64,000 nt of DNA from positions 3,786-67,785 of the forward strand of contig JAENVV010000313.1 of assembly GCA_016650365.1 (NCBI GenBank), in the 5' to 3' direction. The position numbers were made by a program, and so were the translations under genes. This stretch comes from Acidimicrobiia bacterium (GTDB lineage Bacteria > Actinomycetota > Acidimicrobiia > Spongiisociales > JAENVV01). Numbering within the stretch: the stretch's first letter is position 1; the number at the start of each line of letters is the position of its first letter. The notes under the pieces were generated by a model. It saw only the letters and a program-made list of their open reading frames with translations, had not been told where the DNA came from and did no database searches. Shown here piece after piece: positions 1 to 11,129 of the stretch.

Positions 1-106
1 CAGGGCGAACCAAAGCCGCCAACCGCCGTCCGACCTGCATAGTCGCGGCAGCATCCTGTGTAGTGATCACAAACATGTGGCCTCTACTCTACGCCCTCTA
101 CGACTC

Positions 107-994
107 TCATCCACTGCTCTCCACAGCCGCTCTGATCGACCGGGCTACTGCGAGGAACACTGCCTCACCGAGGGCTTCGTCCTGGGATTCACCGGCTGTC
201 CCGGTTGAGACGAGAAAGACCGTGTCCCCATCAAATCGAGTGTGCACCGGCGAGATCATGGCTCCGAAGGCATCGTGCGCTCGGACCGCCAGTCGGGCGA
301 GGGTCGCTCGATCAGCCATGGCATCGGTGATGACGCACGACAGCGTCGTGTTGGTCAGTGCGGTAGACGAACCGAACGATCCAGGAGGCATCTGGCCCAT
401 CCCTGGTCCGCCCGTCAGCGGGGTTCCATCAAGTCCGTACACATCACCAAGCGCGTTGACCACTGAAAGAGCGGCCACCTGGACACCTCCAACTTTCACG
501 ATGCCCGAACCAAGGCCCGACGGCCTGGTCGCCTCGGGACCTCTCCATTTGGCAACGGTGGCCCCCGCCCCAGCTCCGACTGCCCCTGAAAGCACCGGTC
601 TATCGCTCGCCACCTCGTACGCGGCGCGCCCGTTGGCCGCCGTCGGACGGACGGAACCGTCCCCAACGGCCAGATCGTAGATGACGGCCGCAGGAACGAT
701 CGGAACGATCCCGGCCGGGGTGGGATGACCGCGACCGTCATCCTCACATGCGGCCATAACCCCGTCGGCGGCAGCCAGACCAAACGCTGAGCCGCCCGTC
801 AGAACAATCGCCGAAACCTCCTGGACCGTCATACCCACGCCAAGCAGCGCCAGTTCCCGGCTCCCCGGGGCGGCTCCTCGGACTTCAACCGCCGCCACGT
901 TGGGGACGGGAGGCACAATCACGGTGCAACCGGTTTGGGCTGTGGCGTGTGTCCAATGACCCACCCTGACTCCGGCAATCGACGTGAGGCTCAT
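107..994 (-). CDS. P1 family peptidase (DmpA/ArgJ-like, S58)
   Basis: 295 aa ORF. Gly/Ala-rich sequence resembling the self-processing L-aminopeptidase/D-esterase DmpA fold. Its start ATG overlaps the alr stop as ATGA. Confidence 0.55.
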   Translation of the reverse strand: MSLTSIAGVRVGHWTHATAQTGCTVIVPPVPNVAAVEVRGAAPGSRELALLGVGMTVQEVSAIVLTGGSAFGLAAADGVMAACEDDGRGHPTPAGIVPIVPAAVIYDLAVGDGSVRPTAANGRAAYEVASDRPVLSGAVGAGAGATVAKWRGPEATRPSGLGSGIVKVGGVQVAALSVVNALGDVYGLDGTPLTGGPGMGQMPPGSFGSSTALTNTTLSCVITDAMADRATLARLAVRAHDAFGAMISPVHTRFDGDTVFLVSTGTAGESQDEALGEAVFLAVARSIRAAVESSG

Positions 995-2082
995 GTCTCA
1001 TACACCCTTCTCAATCGGGGGCCCAGGCGGCAGACAACCTCATAATTGATCGTGCCAAGCTGACCGGCCAACTCCGTGGCGGTGATCTCCTCCCCTCCCT
1101 GGCGACCGAGGAGAACCACCGCATCGCCCAGTCGCACATCGGCATCACCGACGTCGACCATGATTTGATCCATCGTGACGGTCCCGGCCAAGGGATATCG
1201 TTGGCCGCCAATCAGCACCTCGGCGTCGCTCAGCCCTCGCCCATACCCGTCGGCATAGCCGATCGGTACGGTAACAACGGTCGAATCCACCTTGAGCGGG
1301 CGACGGCGACCGTACGAAGGTCGCTCCCCCGCTGACAATCGCTGAACATGCGAAACGGCCGACTCGACCCGCAGTGCGGGCACCAGATCAATCGGCCCGA
1401 CCGTCTCAGGGTGAGGTGAAAGGCCATAGACACCAATGCCGGGTCGCACCAGGTCGTACCAGTACTCACGGCCGAGGAATATCCCGGCCGTGTTGGCGAG
1501 ATGCCGAAGCGGCGGCTCAATACCGACCGATGCCAGTTCATCCAAAACGCCTACAAACCGGTCACGCTGGAGCGCGGTGTAGTCCGGGTCGGTATCGGCA
1601 ACCGCCAGATGTGACCACACTCCTTCAAGCACGAGGTTTGGTTGTCGGGCAACCGTCAGGGCGATCGCGACCGCCTGATCGAGCGCCGCACCGACCCGGT
1701 GCATGCCCGTATCGACCTTGAGATGGACCGACTTTGGCAAGGTGGTCACCGATGCCAGTGCTTCGACAAACCAGGGGCTGTATACCGTCGGCATCAAGTC
1801 CCAATCCACGACGGCCTTGACCATCCCGGCGATTGGTTCCGAAAGCAGCAGGATCGGCACCGAGATCCCCGCTTCCCGTAGGCGAATACCTTCATCGACC
1901 GTTGCGACACACAGGCGTTGCGCTCCACCGGCGATGGCGGCTTCGGCAACGGGCACATCCCCATGTCCGTAGCCGTCGGCTTTCACTGCCGGGCAAACCA
2001 GAGCCCCATCCACGTGATTGACGAATGCTGCGACATTGGCGGTGATAGCTGAAAGGTCGACGGTGACCCGCGAAGGCCTCAT
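991..2082 (-). CDS. alr: alanine racemase
   Basis: Carries the PLP-lysine motif AVKADGYGHG and overall Alr-like sequence. The start is placed at internal Met 30 (MRPSRVTVDLSAI), where ATG overlaps the nnr stop as ATGA; the longer ORF-track start is a GC-rich extension. Confidence 0.85.
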   Translation of the reverse strand: MRPSRVTVDLSAITANVAAFVNHVDGALVCPAVKADGYGHGDVPVAEAAIAGGAQRLCVATVDEGIRLREAGISVPILLLSEPIAGMVKAVVDWDLMPTVYSPWFVEALASVTTLPKSVHLKVDTGMHRVGAALDQAVAIALTVARQPNLVLEGVWSHLAVADTDPDYTALQRDRFVGVLDELASVGIEPPLRHLANTAGIFLGREYWYDLVRPGIGVYGLSPHPETVGPIDLVPALRVESAVSHVQRLSAGERPSYGRRRPLKVDSTVVTVPIGYADGYGRGLSDAEVLIGGQRYPLAGTVTMDQIMVDVGDADVRLGDAVVLLGRQGGEEITATELAGQLGTINYEVVCRLGPRLRRVYET

Positions 2083-3500
2083 CGGCCCCACCTGCCCAGT
2101 TCGGAGGCCAACCTTGCGGCCGTCACTGTGGTTTCTTCGGAGATCGCGGCGCCTGCCACGCCGTGCCAATACGCGGCCGACACCGCCGCTGACAGGGCGG
2201 AGTGCCCACCGGCCCAGCGGGCGGCAATCATTCCCGCCAAAACATCCCCCGTCCCGATGGTGGCCAGCTCTGGCCCCGGGGTGGTCACCGCAACGATCTT
2301 CGATCCTGCACGCCCCGATTCGGCGACGAACGTAGGCGAACCCTTGAGCAGAACCGTCGCGCCGGTCTCCTTGGCCAACCGTCCGGCCGAGCCATACGTC
2401 CCGACCTCCCCGGTCATCGCCTGAAACTCACCGGAATGGGGAGTCACCAGGGTCTCCCCTTCTCGCTGGGTGACAACGTCGATGAGGTTGGGAAGCCGCA
2501 AACCCCCGGCATCGAGCAGCACCGGACCTTTCCGGCGTTCAAGAATCTGCAGGATGAAATCATCGGACCCTTCTAATCCGGGCCCGACTACCAAGACACC
2601 AAATCGTGCAGCCGCATCGAGAAGCCGTGGCACATCTTCGCCCGTCCAGACCTCACGGCCTCCCAGCTCGGGTCGGAGAATCGCTGGAAACCCCCGATAG
2701 TCCTCCGCATTACCGCGGTTGACAGCAATGGCGACCGCTCCGGCCCCGCACTGCAGGGCCGCCTCGGCGGCCAGATACGCAGCGCCGGTCATTCCAGCCG
2801 ATCCGCCAACCACCATGACCGAACCAACCGACCATTTGTGGGCTTGCCGCGAGCGTTCCGGGCGAATGGCATCAGCCTCCTCGGCCACCCAGAACTCCGC
2901 CTCGCCGCCTTCGAGACCGATGTCGGCAATCGTCACTTCTCCGCACAGGTCCACCCCAGCTCCGACCAGGTGTCCGACTTTTAGGGCATGGAACGTAACG
3001 GTCCTAACCGCCCGAAACGCCGGGCCATCGACTACCCCAGTCGAAGCATCGACCCCGGAGGGGATATCAATGGCCAGAACCGGGAGGTTCGATCGGGTCC
3101 ATGGAACTATTCGATCGTGGAGCCGCCCGTGGAACCCCCCGCCGAACAACGCATCGATGACCAGATCCGCAGGAATGACCTGTTCGGACCATGGCTGGAC
3201 TTTGACGCCTGACCTGACCGCTCGGTCGGCCGCCCACCTGGCGAGCTGGCCGGCGGGCTGGGCAAACTCGAAGATCGTGACATCTACTCCCCGGCGAGCC
3301 AGGTAGTGGGCGGCGATGTACCCGTCACCACCGTTGTTGCCTGACCCGGCGAGTACCGCCACCCGGTGGCCGTAGGCGATGCCCATCTCGGCCGCCGCCA
3401 ATGCGACAGCCAGACCGGCCCGGTCCATGAGCACTTCAAGTGGGGTCGTGGATGCCTTGTCGAGCTGGGCCGAGGTGGCAGCAGTGTGAACGGGCCGCAT
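2079..3500 (-). CDS. nnr: bifunctional NAD(P)H-hydrate repair enzyme (epimerase/ADP-dependent dehydratase)
   Basis: 473 aa. N-terminal YjeF-N motif GSGNNGGDGY plus a C-terminal carbohydrate-kinase-like dehydratase domain. Confidence 0.8.
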   Translation of the reverse strand: MRPVHTAATSAQLDKASTTPLEVLMDRAGLAVALAAAEMGIAYGHRVAVLAGSGNNGGDGYIAAHYLARRGVDVTIFEFAQPAGQLARWAADRAVRSGVKVQPWSEQVIPADLVIDALFGGGFHGRLHDRIVPWTRSNLPVLAIDIPSGVDASTGVVDGPAFRAVRTVTFHALKVGHLVGAGVDLCGEVTIADIGLEGGEAEFWVAEEADAIRPERSRQAHKWSVGSVMVVGGSAGMTGAAYLAAEAALQCGAGAVAIAVNRGNAEDYRGFPAILRPELGGREVWTGEDVPRLLDAAARFGVLVVGPGLEGSDDFILQILERRKGPVLLDAGGLRLPNLIDVVTQREGETLVTPHSGEFQAMTGEVGTYGSAGRLAKETGATVLLKGSPTFVAESGRAGSKIVAVTTPGPELATIGTGDVLAGMIAARWAGGHSALSAAVSAAYWHGVAGAAISEETTVTAARLASELGRWGR

Positions 3501-3561
3501 AGCGCCAACGCTAGTGACTCATCACAGAAATAGCACCTGTGACGAAGTTGATCAACGCCGG

Positions 3562-3936
3562 TTAGTGATTACCTATGGCAATGGCGAACACCATCGCCTG
3601 ATCGTCCGTGTGCGTTATGGAGACCTCAAACCCGACGACCCCGATCATGGCCGCCCGGGCGGCCGCGGTGCCGAAGACATTCACTGTGGGCTTTCCGCCT
3701 CCGGTGATCTCGACATCGGTCCACCTGATCCGGCGCCAACCGGTCCCCATCGATTTCATCACAGCCTCTTTGCCTGCGAATCGGGCCGCCAATCGTCGGG
3801 CCGGATTCGCAAAACGAAATGCGTAGTCCTGCTCATGCTCGGTGAAACAACGCTGGGCGAAACGGGGATATCGTGTGAGAAGGTCGCCCACCCGAGAGAT
3901 ATCTGCCAAGTCAACGCCAACCCCGATAATTTGCAT
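3562..3936 (-). CDS. acpS: holo-[acyl-carrier-protein] synthase
   Basis: 124 aa, begins MQIIGVGVDLADISRV, matching the typical AcpS 4'-phosphopantetheinyl transferase N-terminus. Confidence 0.85.
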   Translation of the reverse strand: MQIIGVGVDLADISRVGDLLTRYPRFAQRCFTEHEQDYAFRFANPARRLAARFAGKEAVMKSMGTGWRRIRWTDVEITGGGKPTVNVFGTAAARAAMIGVVGFEVSITHTDDQAMVFAIAIGNH

Positions 3937-3957
3937 CCGGCCAGCCTAACGACCCGT

Positions 3958-5289
3958 CTATGCGAACGTAGCCCTGACTACCGCAATCAGTTCCTCGGTT
4001 TTCGACAGAGCGACCGACTTTTCGGCAGCTTCCACCATCACCCTGACGACCGGCTCGGTACCGGATGCACGCACCAACACCCGGCCGTTGTCTCCCAGTT
4101 CGCGTTCGACATCAGCTACCGCAGCCCACAACAAATCAGCCCCGGCCAGACCCGACGCGTCAGCGACCCGGACGTTTCGCAATATCTGAGGGAATTCTGT
4201 GATGACCTCGGCTCTGAGTTCTCGCAACTCCTTGCCGGTAGATGCCATCACGTCGGCCAGCTTCACCGCACTGAGCGTGCCGTCGCCGGTGGTAGACGTG
4301 TCAAGAAAGATCATGTGGCCGGATTGTTCGCCGCCCAGGACCGCCCCGTGTTCCTTCATCGATTCGAGAACATATCGGTCGCCAACGGCAGTCGAGATAA
4401 CGCCGATACCAAGATCGCGCATGGCCTTGTGGAACCCCAGGTTGGCCATGACAGTCGTCACGACGAGGTTGTTCGCGAGTACGTTTCGCTCTTTCATATA
4501 CCGGGCGAGGATCGCCATCACGACATCGCCGTTGGCCGGTATCCCGTTCTCGTCAATGGCTATCAATCGGTCGGCGTCGCCGTCAAAGGCGAATCCAACC
4601 CGGCCGCGAGCGGACCTGGCCAGAGCCTCTGGATGAGTGGCCCCGACTCCGTCATTGATATTGGTACCGTCGGGGTCGGCCGCTGTCACGTCGACCGATG
4701 CTTTGAGTCGGCGAAAGATCTCAGGGGCGGTCTTGAAGGCCGCCCCATTGGCAGTATCGAGGACGAACTCCATGCCCTGGAACGTATGGTCGGCGGCTTG
4801 AACCACTGACTGAACGTACGCCTCTGCCGCGTCGGCATGAACGAACCGGGTCCCTACGCCAGGGCCGACCGGAGTCCGCCAGGGTGCCCCCCGTCGAAGC
4901 CGCGCCTCAACCCGGTCCTCCTCGGCATCGGTCAATTTGAACCCGGCCGCCCCAAGTAGTTTTATTCCGTTGTCGGGAGCCGGATTGTGCGACGCCGAGA
5001 TCACAACGCCCATCATCGCCCCGGAGTGGGCGGTGGCGTGCGCAATCGCCGGCGAAGGCAACACTCCAGCGTCGAGGGTGTCAATGCCCACCGCATGGAA
5101 GCCTGCCTGGAGGGCGGTAGAAAGCATTTCGCCCGACCGACGCGTGTCACGCCCAACCACGACCGGCCCAAAGTCCAGAAGTTCGCCGGAGGCGCGACCG
5201 AGCGCGAGAGCAAATTCAGGAGTTAGTGCCGTGTTGGCGACGCCACGGATACCGTCCGTACCAAAAAGCCGGTGCCCTTCCCGGAGCAT
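3958..5289 (-). CDS. glmM: phosphoglucosamine mutase
   Basis: 443 aa with the GTDGIRG motif and the phosphoserine loop SASHNP. Confidence 0.9.
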   Translation of the reverse strand: MLREGHRLFGTDGIRGVANTALTPEFALALGRASGELLDFGPVVVGRDTRRSGEMLSTALQAGFHAVGIDTLDAGVLPSPAIAHATAHSGAMMGVVISASHNPAPDNGIKLLGAAGFKLTDAEEDRVEARLRRGAPWRTPVGPGVGTRFVHADAAEAYVQSVVQAADHTFQGMEFVLDTANGAAFKTAPEIFRRLKASVDVTAADPDGTNINDGVGATHPEALARSARGRVGFAFDGDADRLIAIDENGIPANGDVVMAILARYMKERNVLANNLVVTTVMANLGFHKAMRDLGIGVISTAVGDRYVLESMKEHGAVLGGEQSGHMIFLDTSTTGDGTLSAVKLADVMASTGKELRELRAEVITEFPQILRNVRVADASGLAGADLLWAAVADVERELGDNGRVLVRASGTEPVVRVMVEAAEKSVALSKTEELIAVVRATFA

Positions 5290-5295
5290 GCCGGT

Positions 5296-5694
5296 TTAGC
5301 GCTTGGTGTACTGCGGTGCCCGACGAGCCTTGCGAAGACCGTACTTCTTGCGCTCGACCTTGCGGCTGTCGCGAGTCAGAAGACCTTCCTTCTTCAACGC
5401 GGGTCGCAATTCGGGGTCGAGCAAGATGATGGCCCGAGCGATACCCAGCCGAATCGCATCGGCTTGCCCGGTGGTGCCCCCACCCTCGACTGAAGCAATT
5501 ACGTCGTACCTCTCGGCGAGGTCGACGACCTTCAACGGGGTGGTGACACGATTCTGCTGACCGGGAGTGCTGAAGTACTTGGATAGCGGCTTGCCGTTGA
5601 GAGTGACCTCACCGGTGCCGGGATAGAGACGAACACGCGCAACGGAACTCTTACGTCGGCCGGTTGCGATAGCCAGAGGCTGTGCTTTTGCCAT
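5296..5694 (-). CDS. rpsI: 30S ribosomal protein S9
   Basis: 132 aa ending ...YTKR with the GGGxTGQAxAIRLGIARA motif. Overlaps the rplM stop as ATGA. Confidence 0.95.
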   Translation of the reverse strand: MAKAQPLAIATGRRKSSVARVRLYPGTGEVTLNGKPLSKYFSTPGQQNRVTTPLKVVDLAERYDVIASVEGGGTTGQADAIRLGIARAIILLDPELRPALKKEGLLTRDSRKVERKKYGLRKARRAPQYTKR

Positions 5695-6149
5695 CAGGCT
5701 TCCACCTTTCGAATATCAAGAACTAGATCACGAGGCTGTTGAGCCTGGTGCGGATGGTCAGGGCCGGCATAGACCTTGAGCTTGCTTCCCATTTGGCGAC
5801 CAAGTCGGTTCTTGGGAAGCATGCCATTGATGGCCTTTTCGACAATACGTTCGGGGTACTTCTCCATAAGCTCCGCAAATGACTGTTCACGTAAACCACC
5901 GGGAAAACCGGAGTGCCGGTAGTAGATCTTGGATTCCGACTTGTTCGAGGTCACAGCAACCTTCTCGGCATTGATGACCACTACGTGATCACCGACGTCG
6001 AGGTGCGGAGCAAATTCTGGTTTGTGCTTGCCGCGCAAAATTCGGGCAACTTCGGACGAAAGCCGACCGAGCGGCAAGCCAGTCGCATCAACGACGAACC
6101 ACTCACGCTTGACGTTGGCAGGCCGGGTCGAATGTGTTTTTTGGAACTT
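5694..6149 (-). CDS. rplM: 50S ribosomal protein L13
   Basis: L13 signature REWFVVDA...GRLAS..LRGKHKP. The ORF-track N-terminal extension is probably spurious; the start is approximate (likely GTG near 6149). Confidence 0.85.
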   Translation of the reverse strand, partial: KFQKTHSTRPANVKREWFVVDATGLPLGRLSSEVARILRGKHKPEFAPHLDVGDHVVVINAEKVAVTSNKSESKIYYRHSGFPGGLREQSFAELMEKYPERIVEKAINGMLPKNRLGRQMGSKLKVYAGPDHPHQAQQPRDLVLDIRKVEA

Positions 6150-6251
6150 CACGGTGAAACCTTTGCGGTATTTCGAAAAAAAGATCGACGCGCCACGAAC
6201 GCAGTCCACGTACGTGGGCTGGACCATGCTAGGCGATCGGCTAGAGGGCCG

Positions 6252-7673
6252 TCAAAGCGAGGGAACCGGCTGTCGTCCGGAACGCAGGGCGAGACCGGCC
6301 AGAAGCACACATCCAGCCACTCCCAGCAGGGCAGCATCGTGAAAAACGGTGAGCAGATCAGCGATCAATGCGTCGGCGGTGGTCACGGCCGGCACCTTCG
6401 AAAGCACAAAATTCGTAAGCGTGGCCGTGCCGATCGCCATGCCGACAAGACGACTGAGAATCACGACCGCCGATCCACCGCCACTGGACTCGGCCGGCAC
6501 AGCCTGTAACACCCGTTCGGCCAGTGGACCGAACCAGACCCCGAGCGACACACCCAGAACCAACAATCCGGGAACCAGTCCGGCCAATCGAGGTTCCCAC
6601 CGGCTCGCCATCACGAACCCAACAACCCCACCGATCGCGGCCACCCATTGCAGGCTGCGCCGCTGGGCACGGGAGCTCCACCAGGCCATGACCGCCATGG
6701 GGACCGTGAACGCGGACAACATCCATCCGGACAGCCAGCCCGCTCGTTCAGTGTCGGCTTCGATCAACACCGAGACGAACAACGGCACCAGGGCCAGAAC
6801 GAGAAACACAACAAATCCGAGCGTGACATTGGCCAGGAGTACCGCCGGGTTTCGCAGCGACGTGCGAAGTGGAACCAGCCCATTGACATCGCCGACGAAC
6901 CCGGCCACCGTGGCGACGACTCCGACCACCAGCCAGACCGGCTGAACGGCGGTTACGGAACCTTCGACGCCACCGATGCCGACCATCGTCGCGGCGATAC
7001 CAAATCCAATCAGGGCCACCCTCGTCCACGGCATTACGACCTGGCGTGAGGGGCTGGACTGCATCGACCTCAACATAAATAGCGACAACGCAACGAAGGG
7101 CAGGTTGATCCAAAAGGCCAATCGCCAATCGGCCAAACGAACGATGATGCCTCCATAGAGATGACCCAAAGTCCAGCCGGCCAGATCGACCGCGGCCACA
7201 AACCCCAGCCACCGCGACGACCCCAGCTGCTTCCATCCATAAGACATTCCTGCGGGAACGATGGCACCGGCGGCCAGTGCTTGGACGCTTCGGCTGGCCA
7301 CCAGTACCCACAGGCCAACGAACTCTGCGGCCGGACGAGCCTCGAGCGATCGATAGGCAACTTGTTGAACCAGGCGGGTTGACCACGGACCCGATACCGC
7401 CACAGCCACGGACCCGAGCGCAAAAAGAACCAGACCCCATCGAAGCACCGGTCCCGCACCATGACGATCGGACAGACGGCCGGCCGCCAGAATTCCAATC
7501 GCATAGGCAACGAGGTATCCCGTGACCAGCCAGGAGGCCTGTCGGATTCCGCCCGGCACGGGCAGATCAAGTTCAGAAACCACCGACGGAAGAATCGCCG
7601 AAATCACCGTCAGATCGAGGGCTCCCAGTAAGACCGGCAGCCCGATGGCGATCTGGAGTTGGCGCTCCGTCAC
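6252..7673 (-). CDS. MFS transporter (DHA family, P55-like)
   Basis: Predicted multi-TM protein (about 14 hydrophobic segments by eye) with MFS loop motifs. A GTG start at 7673 overlaps the TGA stop of the upstream lipoprotein as GTGA. Confidence 0.7.
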   Translation of the reverse strand: MTERQLQIAIGLPVLLGALDLTVISAILPSVVSELDLPVPGGIRQASWLVTGYLVAYAIGILAAGRLSDRHGAGPVLRWGLVLFALGSVAVAVSGPWSTRLVQQVAYRSLEARPAAEFVGLWVLVASRSVQALAAGAIVPAGMSYGWKQLGSSRWLGFVAAVDLAGWTLGHLYGGIIVRLADWRLAFWINLPFVALSLFMLRSMQSSPSRQVVMPWTRVALIGFGIAATMVGIGGVEGSVTAVQPVWLVVGVVATVAGFVGDVNGLVPLRTSLRNPAVLLANVTLGFVVFLVLALVPLFVSVLIEADTERAGWLSGWMLSAFTVPMAVMAWWSSRAQRRSLQWVAAIGGVVGFVMASRWEPRLAGLVPGLLVLGVSLGVWFGPLAERVLQAVPAESSGGGSAVVILSRLVGMAIGTATLTNFVLSKVPAVTTADALIADLLTVFHDAALLGVAGCVLLAGLALRSGRQPVPSL

Positions 7674-8344
7674 GGAATGACGATATCGACAGGTTGGCCG
7701 TAGGCCCAGATATCGATGGTCCACGTCCGGGCTGATTCAACCTCGGATTCGACAACGACGATCCGCCGCACCTCGTCACCCGTCAGATAGATGGTCACAT
7801 CGGCACCTTCGCCTTGCAAATATCCCAGGGTGAGTGTTTTGAGGCGCTCACCGAAAACGGCACCCGTGATGACTTTGAACGACTCACCGGGAAAGTCCTC
7901 GAGTTCCGCATCCTGGCCCCAGGTCAGACCGCTCAAGTCCTCACGAAGAAGCGCGCCGAGACCATCCTCGGCGAATATGTCCGTTCCGGTGATGAGGTTT
8001 CCACCGACCACCTCCTCAAAGTCCTCCGCAAACGGGACTCTCTGCCAGAGACGATCTCCCTCAGTGACGACTTCCAGGATGGCTGTCAGACCGAGCGTCT
8101 TGACCCGGACATCGGCCCTCGACCGGGTTGGCGCCTCAAACACTCCTTCCACCCGGTCCAATATGAGTCCGGGTTGGACTTCCACGACTTCGCCGACATA
8201 GGCCACCCGAAACGAAAACGACGGAGCTGACAACACCGCAGCCGAAGCGGCATTCATTGCCTCTTCAGGGGTGCGTTCGGCCGGCTCGTCTCCCGAACAT
8301 GCCACCAGGACGACGGCCAACGTCAGCCAGAGAATTTTTCGCAT
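7670..8344 (-). CDS. LprG/LppX-family lipoprotein
   Basis: Signal peptide plus lipobox (MRKILWLTLAVVLVAC|SG) and a mature domain of about 200 aa. It sits immediately upstream of, and is coupled to, an MFS gene, as in the actinobacterial lprG-p55 operon. The family assignment is by context and size. Confidence 0.5.
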   Translation of the reverse strand: MRKILWLTLAVVLVACSGDEPAERTPEEAMNAASAAVLSAPSFSFRVAYVGEVVEVQPGLILDRVEGVFEAPTRSRADVRVKTLGLTAILEVVTEGDRLWQRVPFAEDFEEVVGGNLITGTDIFAEDGLGALLREDLSGLTWGQDAELEDFPGESFKVITGAVFGERLKTLTLGYLQGEGADVTIYLTGDEVRRIVVVESEVESARTWTIDIWAYGQPVDIVIP

Positions 8345-8369
8345 CGTCACAGTCTATGAGAGTGATGCA

Positions 8370-10337
8370 CTATTCGTCGGAACCGCCATCCGCCTTGGCT
8401 TGTATCTCATGCACGATGTCAGCGTTGGCGAGGGTCGTGACATCACCAAGCTGGCGCTGCTCGGAGATATCCTGGAGAAGGCGGCGCATGATCTTTCCAG
8501 AACGGGTCTTCGGGAGATCGGGCGTAAACACAATCGACTTCGGCTTGGCAATTGGACCGATCACATTGGCGACGTGGTCCCGGAGTTCCTCGATCAACGC
8601 ATCGTCACCTTCGACCGTACCCCGAAGTGTCACGAACGCCGCAATTGCCTGACCGGTAATCGGGTCCTTGCGCCCGACAACTGCCGCCTCGGCCACCGCC
8701 GGGTGAGAAACAAGAGCTGATTCAACCTCGGTGGTCGAGATGTTGTGGCCGGAGATCAGCATGATGTCATCGACCCTGCCTAACAGCCAGTAGTAGCCGT
8801 CAGTATCTCGTTTGGCGCCATCGCCAGGGAAGTACCTGCCAGGGAATCGTGACCAGTAGGTGTCGACAAACCGGTCCGGATCGCCCCATATAGTCCGGGC
8901 CATGGACGGCCAAGGTCGCGTAAGTACCAGGAAGCCTCCCCCGCCGAGCGGCACCGATTCGCCGTCCGCGTCAACCACATCTGCCCCGATGCCGGGGAAC
9001 GGCAACGTGGCAGAACCAGGTTTGGTCTCGATGACGCCCGGCAATGGCGTAATCATGATTCCGCCCGTTTCGGTTTGCCACCACGTATCAACAATCGGGG
9101 CTGCCTGGGGACCGATGTGTTCCCGATACCACATCCACGCCTCCGGATTGATAGGTTCGCCAACCGTTCCCAACAGACGAATCGACGACAAGTCATGCCT
9201 CTGGGGGTACTCGTCTCCCCACTTCATGAACGCCCGGATCGCCGTCGGGGCAGTGTAGAAAATACTGACCCCGTACTCGGCGATGATCGACCAAAGCCGA
9301 TCCAGGTCCGGATGATTGGGGGCACCTTCGTACATCACCGAAGTCGTGCGATTGGCAAGTGGCCCGTACACGATGTAGGTATGGCCGGTGACCCATCCAA
9401 TGTCGGCCGCGCACCAATACACATCCACATCTGGCTTGAGATCGAACACATAGCTGTGCGTGGTCACCGCCCCCGTCAGGTAACCGCCCTGACTATGAAC
9501 GATGCCCTTCGGTTTTCCGGTCGTACCGGACGTATACAAAATGTACAACGGGTCCTCTGCGTTGAGGACGGCCGGCTCGAAGGAGGTTGGCTGATCAGCG
9601 ACGAGGTCGTGATACCAGTGGTCGCGACCTTCGACCATGAGAACATCGTTGCCAACCCGGTTGACGACCACAACCGAAGAAACTCCGGGGGTTCGAGCGA
9701 CCGCCACATCCGTGCTGGCTTTGAGGGGAACGATGTCACCGCGCCGCCAGGCGGCGTCCTGAGTGATGACGACTTTGGCATCGGCATCGAGGATCCGATC
9801 GGCCAGTGCGTCGGAGCTGAATCCTCCGAAGACCACCGAGTGAACTGCCCCGATTCGGGCACAGGCCAGCATGGCGATCGGAAGCTCCGGGATCATGCCC
9901 ATGTAGATGGCTACCCGATCACCCTTGACCACCCCCAGACCGGAGAGGGCGTTGGCAAACCGGCACACGGCGTCGTGCAAGTCCTGAAAGGTGATGGTCC
10001 GGGTATCGCCTGGCTCACCCACCCAGTGATAGGCGACCTTATCAGCCGAATCAGCCAGATGTCGATCGAGGCAGTTGTATGAGAGATTCAACTCCCCATC
10101 GGCAAACCACGTGTAGAACGGAGCGTTGGACTCGTCCAGTCCAACGGTTGGTTCTTTGAACCAGGTGATCCGATCCTTGGCCTGGGTCATCCAAAAAGCT
10201 TCGGGATCCGCTTCTGCTTCGGCGTGAATCCCGGCTTGAGCATTGGCCTGGGCTACAAAGGCAGGGGACGGCGCAAAGCGGCGGTCTTCCTGAAGCAGGT
10301 TCTCAAGGGTCTCTGACATGGTGGCCTCCTGAAGCAA
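8370..10337 (-). CDS. acs: acetyl-CoA synthetase (AMP-forming)
   Basis: 655 aa with the AMP-binding motif [11 protein letters not shown] and an Acs-like length and C-terminus. Confidence 0.9.
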   Translation of the reverse strand: MLQEATMSETLENLLQEDRRFAPSPAFVAQANAQAGIHAEAEADPEAFWMTQAKDRITWFKEPTVGLDESNAPFYTWFADGELNLSYNCLDRHLADSADKVAYHWVGEPGDTRTITFQDLHDAVCRFANALSGLGVVKGDRVAIYMGMIPELPIAMLACARIGAVHSVVFGGFSSDALADRILDADAKVVITQDAAWRRGDIVPLKASTDVAVARTPGVSSVVVVNRVGNDVLMVEGRDHWYHDLVADQPTSFEPAVLNAEDPLYILYTSGTTGKPKGIVHSQGGYLTGAVTTHSYVFDLKPDVDVYWCAADIGWVTGHTYIVYGPLANRTTSVMYEGAPNHPDLDRLWSIIAEYGVSIFYTAPTAIRAFMKWGDEYPQRHDLSSIRLLGTVGEPINPEAWMWYREHIGPQAAPIVDTWWQTETGGIMITPLPGVIETKPGSATLPFPGIGADVVDADGESVPLGGGGFLVLTRPWPSMARTIWGDPDRFVDTYWSRFPGRYFPGDGAKRDTDGYYWLLGRVDDIMLISGHNISTTEVESALVSHPAVAEAAVVGRKDPITGQAIAAFVTLRGTVEGDDALIEELRDHVANVIGPIAKPKSIVFTPDLPKTRSGKIMRRLLQDISEQRQLGDVTTLANADIVHEIQAKADGGSDE

Positions 10338-10403
10338 TGATCAAAACCATCACCCACGCTATCAGCTCGCGGCATTCCTTGACCAACGGGGCCGCGGGCA
10401 TTG

Positions 10404-11129
10404 TCAGTAGTCGACGCCCCACAGGGTCAAGCCTTCAGGAGGAGCCGCGCCACTGGCAACATTTCGATCGCGGGCAGCCAGGATCGTTGGTGCATCGTTG
10501 GCCGCCTTCTTTCCGATGCCAACATCGACGCACAGGGCCACTATCGACCGAACCATTTGATGGCAGAAGGCTTTGGCGGTGATCGATAGCTGCACCACCT
10601 GGTCGATCCGTTCCCACTCCGCCTCAAGAACGGTCCGCTCTCTGGTCTTATCCTCAGCTTTGCGACAGAACGACGTGAAGTCATGCTGCCCGATGAGATG
10701 GCCAACGGCTTCGTTCATAGCCCCGACGTCGAGCGGCGTAGGCACGTGCCAGTAGGTCCTGCGCAAGAGCGGGTCCCGCAATGGGCTGTTCCAGATCCGA
10801 TATCGGTAAGTCCGGCTCTTCGCCGAAAACCTGGCGTGAAAATCCGGCTCGGTGTCGGACGCCGACAGGACGACCATGTCCGGGTCCAGGATGCGGTTCA
10901 ACCTGCCGACCACCCGGCGCTCAAGAATCGGTACCGGGGCATCGAAGCTGACAACCTGGCGTCGAGCGTGCACACCGGCATCGGTGCGGCCGGCCACAGC
11001 CGTTTCAATAGGCATCTGGAATACCACCGCCAGCGCCTTCTCGAGCTCACCCTGGACGGTGCGCACATCAGGCTGACGGGCATATCCGAAGTAGTCGGTT
11101 CCGTCGTAAGAAATCTCCAGCCGGGCCAT
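10404..11129 (-). CDS. truA: tRNA pseudouridine(38-40) synthase
   Basis: 241 aa with the RTDAGVHA catalytic Asp motif; begins MARLEISYDGTDY. Confidence 0.9.
   Translation of the reverse strand: MARLEISYDGTDYFGYARQPDVRTVQGELEKALAVVFQMPIETAVAGRTDAGVHARRQVVSFDAPVPILERRVVGRLNRILDPDMVVLSASDTEPDFHARFSAKSRTYRYRIWNSPLRDPLLRRTYWHVPTPLDVGAMNEAVGHLIGQHDFTSFCRKAEDKTRERTVLEAEWERIDQVVQLSITAKAFCHQMVRSIVALCVDVGIGKKAANDAPTILAARDRNVASGAAPPEGLTLWGVDY

Noticed and set aside
6349-7440. Plus- and minus-strand ORFs of about 200 aa overlapping the MFS transporter gene (6349..6945, 6748..7440, 7070..7570).
   Set aside because: These are alternative frames of a GC-rich membrane-protein gene. The MFS frame has coherent TM periodicity and the others do not.
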